From: Selaginella moellendorffii
Taxonomy: Eukaryota; Plantae; Lycopodiophyta
Length of the DNA: 64,000 bases
NCBI RefSeq assembly: GCF_000143415.4
Contig: NW_003314268.1
Coordinates: 325,117 to 389,116 of the forward strand
Reading direction: 5' to 3'
In this document: positions 10,661-19,919 of the stretch, piece after piece
How positions within the stretch are numbered: position 1 is the first letter of the stretch
Layout: each line of letters opens with the position of its first letter
The notes under the pieces: model-generated
Seen by the model: only the letters and a program-made list of their open reading frames with translations
Databases searched by the model: none
Told to the model about the DNA's origin: nothing
Program-made: the position numbers and the translations under genes

Positions 10661-13600
10661 ATGGCCTTCAGGGTTGGGGAAAAGGTTTACATTTTGAATG
10701 GTGGGAAGAGAGTTGCAAAAGGGACCCTTGTGTCTATGGATCGGAACTTTGTTATACACTGTGAAAGGCTTAGGGAAGGCAATGCTGCTGTATCAGTAGA
10801 GACTGTCTTCGATGGGAATGTGGTCGCTATTGAACGAGGAGAGATGGTCGTCGGGGTAAATGTTGTTGTTGCCTTGAAAAATCTTCAGAAGAAAGCAGAT
10901 GTTGGGGACAGCGCAAGTGCGACACATGTTCCCTCCGTGGATCTTAAGAACCGTGCTACATGGATTCAGGCGAAGGTGTTTCTAAACAACCCCGAGGGGG
11001 AGGTGGTAGCTGAGGGCTTAGCCACAGTTGTCGATCCAAGAGATGCGGTTGCTAATCAAGAATTGGGCTGGGATGATATTGGAGTTGGGATTTTAGAGGT
11101 TGTTGACACAGAAGAAAACAGTCTGACTATTGGAAGCATTGTGCGGTGGAAATTGAGGCACTTAGTGTTTGAGAATGTGAAGGATTCACAATCAAACACC
11201 ACTACAACTGATGACAGAACATCTCTTCATGGGAAAAGAAAGTACACCTTCCTAAAGCGCAGCCAAAGGGATCTGAGCAACGAACCGAAAAGGCAGAAAA
11301 TGGCGATGGAGGTTCAAATGGTCTCGACAGTTGCTTGTTGCAAGAGGAGGTGCTGTCAACATGCTGATTGGGATGCTATTGAAGAGGAGAGAGCAAGATA
11401 CAAGACATTGTCCTGGAAGGCAGCTCGCAATTTTGTGTATGAGGCATTACGGTCATCTGTTGATGCTTCAGAACATCAGGTGGGGGGCATGGTCTTCCAA
11501 AGGGGTTTGGTCTGCATGAAGGCATGGAGAATCATTTATGGAGTCCCTCGAAGCACATTCTACAGAATCAAAACTGAGTTCGAGGAACAAAGGGTTCAAC
11601 AGGCAGTCCATGGGAACGACGGTACGCACAAAACCAGGGGTCATGTTGTATATGGAGAGGCAATCTTCAAGAGGTTTGTCGAGACATGTAGCGAGCAGCA
11701 ACCACATAAAACCCGCCTCTTGGAAGATGGAACACGAGACACCCAACGAGTTCTCCCTTCCATGTATACCAAGGGGGCCATATTGGAAGATGTGAATCGG
11801 GAACTCCAGAGTAATGGCTACAGGAAGCTGAGCCAATCTAGATTTAGTAGATTGTGGAGAAACAGGTTCAGGGATGTGAGTATAGGAAAGTACTCCAGCT
11901 TTTCAAAGTGTGACGAGTGCACTGCTATCAAAATGGCTTTATCGAAGAATTCTTGCAGCGCTCAAGAGCGAGAGACGTTGGTTAGAAGGCGGCTCGACCA
12001 CAACATCGAGCAGAGAAGCTGCAGGACTGCATATTATCATAACAGGATTCTCTCCATGGAGAGACCTGACTCTTACCTCTGCATCATCCACGACAAAATG
12101 GACCAGAAAAAGACGTGCTTACCTCGACTCAATCCTGCCCCCAAGGCAATCTCTTCATCCATGCAGCTGCCTGTGTCTCTGTTTGGCATAATCGCTCATG
12201 GGCATGGTGCCCAGAACTATGGGAACTTCTTTGTACCTCTATGGGGTGGCGGGGGTGCAAACATGATGATTGCGTCCCTAGCAAAACACTTAAGGTCTCT
12301 GCAAAGTGCGCAGACTGAGCTGAACGGCCAACCCTTGCATAAGGCCCTTGTCGATCGAACCCCATACAGGGTTCAGCTGGAGGAGGAGCAAAGGCTTGCA
12401 GTATCGCGTGGGGCCCCATGCCATCCCAGTGAATATGTTGGCTGTCAGATTGTAGGGTTATCACGTGAGGCCTCATGCCATTTCGACGAGGCTGGTCGCC
12501 CGGTGAATGCACAGCCTCATCCAAACGAAGCAGAATCTCAAGGAAGTTCTTGCGGCCGATGTGGCCTTCCACCCCATCTTCTGCTCCAAACAGACAATGC
12601 TGGCAGTGAGAACAAAAACATGTACGTCTTCGCGTACTTGGCGATGCTTGTTGCCAAAGGCATATTTGAAACGGTTACACTTGGCTTTCTCATGGTTGGG
12701 CACACTCATGAAGACGTCGATGCCATGTTCAGTCACTTGGCAGAGTCCCTCCGGCGATCCAATGTCCTCACCCTCCCACAACTCTACGATGAATTCCAAA
12801 ATTGCATCAAAGGCACTGTTGAAGCTGCACTTCTGACAGAGGTTCCAGACTTTAAGGGGTTTGTAAGAGGCTACATCAGGGACGGATCTGAAACGCTGAT
12901 TGGCCACTCCAAGCCTCTTCAGTTTCATTTCAGCATGTGTGACGGTGCTCCAGTGATGAGGTACAAGATGAGAGAATGGGACACAGTGTGGCTGCTAGTG
13001 GACGGCATTAAACTCTTCAAGAGAGATCCCATAACTGGGGAACCTATGATTCCTCAGGGTTCCCCACGGCCGATGCACCCGAATGGACTCAAAGACCAGG
13101 AAAGTATAGTGGCCGGGATTAGACAGCATATTGCCTTCTGGAAGAGGGGGTTGGTGTTTGGTGGAGAATCCTATTTTCAGAGGTGCAAGCCTTTGCTCGA
13201 ATACTGGGAGAAGATTATATCTGCTATCCAAAATGGGCCGGTTGTATATGAAGAATTGGAAGAGTCCTTTTGGCCAGAACCCAGAGCACCAGATAGTAGC
13301 GGAACAATGTCCTCTGGAAATGCAGTGACAGATAACGATGTTGAGGATCACTATTGTGGGCCGAGGAACAAGAAGCCAGATTCAGCATTCAATCCAGTAC
13401 AGGTCTGCAAAGGAATGGTCGTGCTTGTCAGACCCAGTAATAAAAAACAAATGATATGGGTGGGGCGCTGCATCACTGATGCAGAGGAGGACGCGGAAAC
13501 TAACTCCTTCAATGTAACTGTGGAGTGGTTCAAGCCAAGTTCCGGATATACGAAGGATTGCCTAGAAAAGAGATGGGTGCTGAATCCAAGGGATCCCAGC

Positions 13601-13729
13601 ATGAGCATATCGGTGGATAATGTTGTGCATGGTTGGATGCGGAAGCAGAGTGCCACCATCACCTTGCCAGACCATGCAAGAGATGCAGCAAGAGCATTCA
13701 TAACTCGGGTTCAAGGTGAGATTCATTAA
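10661..13729 (+). CDS. Transposase, Sola1/DUF7869-like DDD RNase H fold (1022 aa), apparently intact
   Basis: Motifs CCKRRCC, VCMKAWRIIYGVPRSTFYR, FSKCDEC, IIHDKMDQ, LLLQTDNAGSENKN and FLMVGHTHEDVDAMFS. It lies between the TIRs. A probable 5' UTR intron runs 10350-10659, ending 1 nt before the ATG. Confidence 0.85.
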   Translation: MAFRVGEKVYILNGGKRVAKGTLVSMDRNFVIHCERLREGNAAVSVETVFDGNVVAIERGEMVVGVNVVVALKNLQKKADVGDSASATHVPSVDLKNRATWIQAKVFLNNPEGEVVAEGLATVVDPRDAVANQELGWDDIGVGILEVVDTEENSLTIGSIVRWKLRHLVFENVKDSQSNTTTTDDRTSLHGKRKYTFLKRSQRDLSNEPKRQKMAMEVQMVSTVACCKRRCCQHADWDAIEEERARYKTLSWKAARNFVYEALRSSVDASEHQVGGMVFQRGLVCMKAWRIIYGVPRSTFYRIKTEFEEQRVQQAVHGNDGTHKTRGHVVYGEAIFKRFVETCSEQQPHKTRLLEDGTRDTQRVLPSMYTKGAILEDVNRELQSNGYRKLSQSRFSRLWRNRFRDVSIGKYSSFSKCDECTAIKMALSKNSCSAQERETLVRRRLDHNIEQRSCRTAYYHNRILSMERPDSYLCIIHDKMDQKKTCLPRLNPAPKAISSSMQLPVSLFGIIAHGHGAQNYGNFFVPLWGGGGANMMIASLAKHLRSLQSAQTELNGQPLHKALVDRTPYRVQLEEEQRLAVSRGAPCHPSEYVGCQIVGLSREASCHFDEAGRPVNAQPHPNEAESQGSSCGRCGLPPHLLLQTDNAGSENKNMYVFAYLAMLVAKGIFETVTLGFLMVGHTHEDVDAMFSHLAESLRRSNVLTLPQLYDEFQNCIKGTVEAALLTEVPDFKGFVRGYIRDGSETLIGHSKPLQFHFSMCDGAPVMRYKMREWDTVWLLVDGIKLFKRDPITGEPMIPQGSPRPMHPNGLKDQESIVAGIRQHIAFWKRGLVFGGESYFQRCKPLLEYWEKIISAIQNGPVVYEELEESFWPEPRAPDSSGTMSSGNAVTDNDVEDHYCGPRNKKPDSAFNPVQVCKGMVVLVRPSNKKQMIWVGRCITDAEEDAETNSFNVTVEWFKPSSGYTKDCLEKRWVLNPRDPSMSISVDNVVHGWMRKQSATITLPDHARDAARAFITRVQGEIH

Positions 13730-14017
13730 TATTCCTTTACAAAGTTTCTAATGTATTTTATTTCAAGGTGAACAATCCGAATCTGAATCAGAGGAGGCTT
13801 GATATAGTGTGTGAGGTAAAACAAAGATGATGTGACATATGCATTTACCAATCACACGTGCATAAATCTAATAATATGGCGTGTGGCCCATATTAATGGC
13901 ACATAAACCCATATTGTGGGCTTACGTGCTTTATGTACCATCATTCCCTTGCAGCGTGTGTGTTGGTTTCCTTTTATAACACAACGAACTCCATATTTTA
14001 GGGTGAAGAGTGTTCTC

Positions 14018-14275
14018 ATGGCAAGCACAAAATCTGTAAGTGAGGCAGAAAAGGAGACGGAGAAGGAGATAGGTGAAGATGTAGAATATATAAGTCTTCC
14101 AAACTCCCCGTACTATACTCCAGGTGATCATTTTTCTGAACAAACGGCAACATTAACAACTATCGAGAACGCCCCAGTAACGTCAGAGACAACAATCCAA
14201 AGCAAAACAACTGACCCGGAGAAGGATGATAGTACCGCTGAGAGTACCAAAAAGGAGGTGTCCACTAGCGCTTAG
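14018..14275 (+). CDS. Small acidic Ser/Thr/Glu-rich ORF (85 aa) inside the transposon, function unknown
   Basis: Open frame MASTKSVSEAEKETE...; a possible upstream intron at 13816-13954 contains a palindrome copy. Confidence 0.35.
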   Translation: MASTKSVSEAEKETEKEIGEDVEYISLPNSPYYTPGDHFSEQTATLTTIENAPVTSETTIQSKTTDPEKDDSTAESTKKEVSTSA

Positions 14276-14911
14276 GCTTATAATGGCGTGTGCCCTCATG
14301 CCATTTACTTGATCACCAAATACCTTTTTCCCTTTGCACTAGTATATCTTAATACCGGTCTGAGAAATAGAATGGCATGTGCCCTCAGGCCTTTTACTAA
14401 ATCACCTTTGAAAGAAATGCAAGCCTCTATGTCGTAAAAAAAAGGTACTAGAGAAATTCCTTAATAATATGAATGTTATTTAGTTTCATGAAAATACACT
14501 AAGGGTCAAATGAGTTAAATGACTTCTCCAGACTAGCAATGCCTCTTGCTACACCTTCACAATTAGATTCGTTAGAAAAAGATAACATTGAATAATATCT
14601 AAATGTTCTCACCATTAAGTTATATGTCTGGCTAATAGGAATGATGTTCATCTTGGAAAGCTCACCACACGCTCAATGAACAAACAAATAGTGTGTGCGC
14701 GCATGCCATCGCTCTTCTTTAGCTTCAGATTCGGCTTGTTCACCTTGACAATGAGATTTATTATACAACTAGATGGACTCAGTCTGGACATAAGGTCACT
14801 GCGCTAGTCACCATGCCCCAGATATGTCTAGCCCCTGGACAAAAAACATATAATTTCACGTCATTTTCAAATACTTGAAAATTTGTACCTAGTCCCATTT
14901 TACTGAATAAA

Positions 14912-14933
14912 TCCCACTTTAACGAAATAGAGC
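14912..14933 (-). repeat. Right terminal inverted repeat
   Basis: TCCCACTTTAACGAAATAGAGC is the exact reverse complement of 1674-1695. Confidence 0.9.
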
Positions 14934-15837
14934 ATATCTTAAGGCATCACGCCTTAGCACATTCGGTGTTTCCACACCATCGGCCCCATAAGCTTACCTT
15001 TATGACACTTTTTAGTTGTGTCTAGGTCCTTGCTAAGATTGATACGGTCCTTTCTCATGCCAATTATCCGTTAGCATTGCACTATAGAGTTTACAGGGCG
15101 CAGACCATACTTGAGCTCATGAGTTGAAGAGTTGAGCTCACGAGTTGAGCTCAATTTTCAATTGTAATTTAGTACAAACATTATAAACTTTAAAATTTTA
15201 AGGTTATGGCGAACCTAATAATTTCATAATTCTCTATATATTATATAGATAAAAATGTTCTAAAGGACACTTCTTGTTCTAATATTTTAAATATTTACTA
15301 CATGCAATGATAGGAACGTTTGTTAGAACATAAAATAAAATATTTTCAAAAAGAGTATTCTTGTAACTTCTTTAAATTTGTACTCTGTGCTTTCTGGCTA
15401 GTAAATGTCAAGTTTGTCATACTTAAAAAATTATTAAATTTGAAATAAGATTCTATGTAAAGCCATATAACCGTTTGAAAGGGAAAAAAATAACCGTTGA
15501 TGTAAGCTTATTGCATATAAAAGAAGGACTTGGTTCTTTCTAGAATGCATTTTTGAGGGGTTTGTCATAGCATACTGTCTAGAATTTAGAAATCTTCATT
15601 CACACTCTCATTTGAAAAAAGGGAAATACACACAAATGTCTATGGGTTCTAGTGTTGGTAATTTTAATTCTTGCAATCTTTCTTCCTAAGGTTCAAGGGC
15701 TAGGAGATGCAATAACTATCCCATTGCACAACATATCCAAACCACACAAGAGAATGAAAGAGAAGATAGTGAGGATAGTGATCATGAGTTGAAGATAAAT
15801 GCAATGACAAAGGGTGCAACAAATTGGGTGAAAAAGA

Positions 15838-16083
15838 ATGCCTTTTTTATTGATTGAGTGCAATTCTGCCACTTTCAAGAAATGCCCCATATGTTTTCTA
15901 GCGTTTGGTAAAAATAATGGCAATGATCAATATGATGGTATATATGCTTTCGTGACACACTGCAACATCACGCACCCGAAAGACTACCATGAAATCTTTT
16001 TTGAAATGGTAAAGACAGAAATGGAGACACACGAGTACTATGGGCAATATTGCGAGAAGAACACTCGGAAGTATATCAAATGA
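15838..16083 (+). CDS. Small ORF with a C2H2-like zinc-finger pattern, convergent with the MULE transposase
   Basis: CPICFLAF...HCNITH pattern in an 81-aa ORF. Confidence 0.35.
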   Translation: MPFLLIECNSATFKKCPICFLAFGKNNGNDQYDGIYAFVTHCNITHPKDYHEIFFEMVKTEMETHEYYGQYCEKNTRKYIK

Positions 16084-16174
16084 AAAGTGAAATGAAAAAG
16101 CACATTTGTATTAATTATATAAAGAATAATACGTTTTATTGATAGAGAATAAACATCAATAGTGTTGGAGAAAT

Positions 16175-19100
16175 CTAGTTAACTCCAAAAGTTTTTTGCA
16201 ACTTAGCAATAGTAAGACTTGCTTGGTATATATGAATATCCACTTTAGGATCCTGGTGCAAGATGTTGATGAAGATGTAGTACATATGCTTGCAAAGAGC
16301 ATATGCCTTCCCATGTTCCTCGCGCTTCGTAAAGTTTGGACATGTGCAAGAAGGAAAGTCGTGAATGGCAATTGTGTACTCTCCACCTTCTGTTTTGACT
16401 ATGTACTCCTTTGCAAGCGCAGTGATGTACTTTGTGGAGAGAATCTCACACTCAAGTGTTTGAGCCAAGTTTATTTTACCTTGCTTCTGCTTGGAGACGG
16501 TACCAATAAATTTAATTGCCTTACCTTTTCGTGTTGGCTTCCTATGCATCTTTGTAGGAATAGTCCTGGTTCTGTCACTCATATCTCCAAATCTCCTCTC
16601 AAGATTGAAACCAGATTTCTCAAGGTTTTCAATCTCCTCCGAGGTGAGCGCGACCCCATTAGCAACTGACGATTCTTTAGGTACTGCATCAGGTTTAGTC
16701 ACTATAGTGTCTTCAAGCCACCTCATATGGTTGGTGTTGGTGTTGCAACAATATAGCCAGCACCATCTTAAAAATCCTGCTTGCTTTCGTTCCCCATAGA
16801 AATATGGGGCTGGAACAGAAGCAGATTTGTCATCACGAATCCAGGCCCAACACTTGCCCCTCGAAAGCATCCCCACACACCTTACATTTGATTTTGCTGG
16901 CACGCGTCGGATTGCCCATTGCTTCGGCTCCACGCTACGGTAAGCAATTTCAACTTGTTGCGATGCACTCTCTTCATCAGCCACTTGAGGTGGCTTAGTC
17001 CAAGAGTGGTGTCTTGGAGTAGAATGGTACTTGACATCAGGCCTGTGAGAGTTTTTCGCTCCAAGGTCCGTACCAACATCTTCCCCAGCAAAGGAAAAAT
17101 GACGCTTTGAGCGGACAATCTTCATATCACCAATAGAAGCTCGGGGAGTGTACTCCATAGATGTGCCACAGACCACTTCCTCAACTGCAGTTGCCACTAT
17201 TTAGGTGGGTGGAGTTAATTTTCTCTTCATCCTATCATGTAACATTTCAACAGAAGGCCCTGTTCCCATGTATCTTCCTTCCTCGAATGCTAGTGCTTTT
17301 GAAGATTGCTCTATAGCATGTATCAAATCTGATAGACAGGCTTCATATAAACTCATCTTCCCTTTCCCTGCCTCATAGGAACACCAACTCCAGTGCTTAC
17401 TTTAAGAGAGATTCACAGTTGGGGTGTATGCAAGGTCCTCAAGTGGTTGATCCTAATGGAAAATGCAATATTAAAAAGTAATAAAAAGAGAAGAAAAAAT
17501 AGAAACCAACTTGAAAAGAGTGATGTCCCCACTGGAACATCCTAACTTCCCACCACCCTAACCATGACTCAAGTTGTGATAGGCAACTTACGTCTATATG
17601 GCCATCTTCACGCCACCACATTCGGATCTCGTTTGCTTTTGCCTCATGTTCTTTTTCAGAAGGTGCAACCTGCCATTGTTTGCACAACTCCTTAAATATT
17701 GATTGAAACTCTGGTTTGATAAGGTAGTAGTGTTGGTTTAGGCTTTGAGCCCAATGGAACTCACAAGTCCTCTCACGACCTTCCAATGGTTGACCATTCC
17801 CAAAAATTGCTCGGACACCATTCCAGTTTGCACCAGCCCCATTTGCCATGAAACCGCGAAAGTTTGCAGGCTTACTAGTTCGCTTTAGGACAATATCGGA
17901 GAGGGACTTCCAAAATATTTTCTATGCTGCCTGGTCTTGTACTTTAAACTCTGCTGTCACAATTGTTAAGTTACAATGTAGCCTATGAAAACACAAATAT
18001 TACAACAATTTCAATATAATAAGAATAAAAATTACTTTGGATCATATACATGAGCTCCCATGATTGTCCAACCCGATACATGCTCCATATGGTCAAAATG
18101 TACCCATGCATTTGCAAGGTCACTGGACCCAAACATGTCCATTTGGGAGACAAGATCTACACCAGAGGTAGGGCCCATGGTAGACATTTTGAAGATGAAG
18201 GGGCGCTCTTGCTCATTCACAACTTGGTCTGGAAACAAACTTCTGTAGATGAACTCGTATGGACAGGTCTGTTTCAATTCAAGGATGGAGTCAATTTTTG
18301 ATTGCAACTTCCCCTCTCGAGATTCACACATCCAAGATTTTATCCTAAACAATATAATGTAAGAAAAAATTATTATTATAACATATGAAATATAATAAAT
18401 GTACCTCCTTAGGCTAGTAGTAGGTTGTACTCCTCGTAATAAGTCCCACAAGCTAGCCTCGATTAGTTGAGTCTTTTGGCAACCTAGATTGAGTAAGGTG
18501 TTTGTGATAAAATCCTTGAGGACGGTTTTCTAAATATGCTTCGGAGTTGCAGATGAGTTTCTCATAGTCTGTTGCTGCACAACATCTTTGAAACGGTTGA
18601 AAGAACTCCTTTGTATCCCTTCTTGCATTGGATGCATGTGTGTGCCAACATGCACTGCAGCTCTTCCAGCCATTCCATCCCATGGAAGAAAGTAGTACAT
18701 CTTGGCCTCGCAGATAGCATGATATAGAGGAGCATTTTTGCAGAATCGACACTTGAATCCAATAGCAATGGTGTCACAGGCTAGAGGATTGATTGTAAAC
18801 CCTTCGAAAAATATAGAGTTTCTACAGCGGTCTCGATTGCATGCTTCATCCACACAATCTAAATGCCCACCACAATGAACTATAGACACTGTGCCTTCAA
18901 AATGTTGGAAGTGTGTGGTCTTGATCTTGCACCAATTGTGGACATCTTGCTTGGTTTCCATCCTACTTGGTTTCCATCCCCTTCCGTTTGGAACCTATGC
19001 TGCTGACAAGAGGTGGTAGCTCGAAGAAAATATTGCCATTGTAAGAGGATGGGAGCTCACTAACAAGCTTATACAAAAACAAGTGCACGTCGATTGAGAG

Positions 19101-19550
19101 GCATGAAAATTGGAAAGCATTGCTAACGGCTTTGAATATTGTTGAAGTTGGAGCTAGAGCTGGAGCTGGAGCTGGTGAATTTGGCACCGACACTAGCATG
19201 ACTTCTCCACTTGAACTAAAAGAGGACGAGAGGATAACAACTGACTTTTGCTTCACATTCACTTTGGTTGGAGCACATTTTGGCATTTTGACTGGAGATC
19301 CAAACACTCGAATCTCCTTCGACTTGGAATTCTGTAGATCCCATTTTTGTCCACCCTCGCCCACACCAAAAAGAAGAAACTCCGAGTATGCAACTAAACC
19401 AATGTTGTTGCGAATTACAGCCTCTAAAGAAATAAAGCCAAGACGAAGATCAAAATGCTGACATAAAAAACTTTCAGAAACAATACTTTGAGAGAATGAA
19501 AGAGGTGGGTGATCTCGAAAATGAAAAAGAAACCTTTCTATCCTTCTCAA
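16175..19550 (-). pseudogene. MULE-type transposase pseudogene with GCM-like N-terminal zinc domain and C-terminal SWIM finger
   Basis: Motifs CRFC...CEAKMYY...VHVGTHMHP (GCM/WRKY-like), HFDH, RERTCEFHW (MULE CxxH, 17751-17765), TVNLS*SKHW (catalytic E region, E intact in copy 3) and CTCPNF...CKH (SWIM). Stops, frameshifts and introns are present. Confidence 0.75.
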
Positions 19551-19919
19551 TAGGTTTTGGAGTTCTCTCTCTTTATGCTACTTGTAAAAATCCATAGTGA
19601 AACATAATTGAAATTTAAATAGAGTAATAAGAAGACAACGTACAAAATGAATTTAAATTCTATAACAAATTTAACATGTTCAAGTGTGACAGTATTAATA
19701 TTACTGTCATCTATTATGATGTTTGATGCATGTATACACATAGATCCAAGGAAGGATTTTCAGCACGTGAAGTTTGATAGTTAATAATGATATCAGTAAT
19801 GACATTCTGCTATAGCGTGTCAAAAAAAGAGATCCAATTTGCCTGTCAGTACGTGTGATATGTCAAGTTGTCAAATTTTAAGTGGTAGATGATAATAAAT
19901 CTTAATAATAAATCTTGTC

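Larger units (their letters stand above)
2047..14709. repeat. Dispersed 22-bp palindrome ATGGCRTGWGGCCWCAYGCCAT, 26 copies (some degenerate)
   Basis: Copies start at 2047, 3124, 3199, 4426, 4617, 4758, 6230, 7507, 7567, 7644, 8439, 8574, 8733, 8812, 9666, 9738, 9774, 10389, 10487, 10557, 12403, 12460, 13876, 14283, 14372 and 14688. Confidence 0.9.
1674..14933. mobile_element. Large (13.26 kb) TIR DNA transposon, Sola1/DUF7869-like, with divergent cargo gene
   Basis: Perfect 22-bp TIRs GCTCTATTTCGTTAAAGTGGGA (1674-1695) and its reverse complement (14912-14933). It encloses a 1022-aa DDD transposase and all copies I found of a 22-bp palindrome. There is no perfect TSD (left flank CTAA, right flank ATAT). 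Confidence 0.85.
15097..19900 (-). mobile_element. Mutator-like (MULE) element copy 1, decayed; boundaries approximate
   Basis: Transposase pseudogene plus a cluster of TGAGCTCA motifs at 15112-15153 that is shared with copy 3 (34023-34068). Confidence 0.65.

Noticed and set aside
2047-14709. Palindromes as a CRISPR array or as independent MITE insertions
   Set aside because: Spacing is irregular, there are no flanking TSDs, and each copy is only 22 bp.
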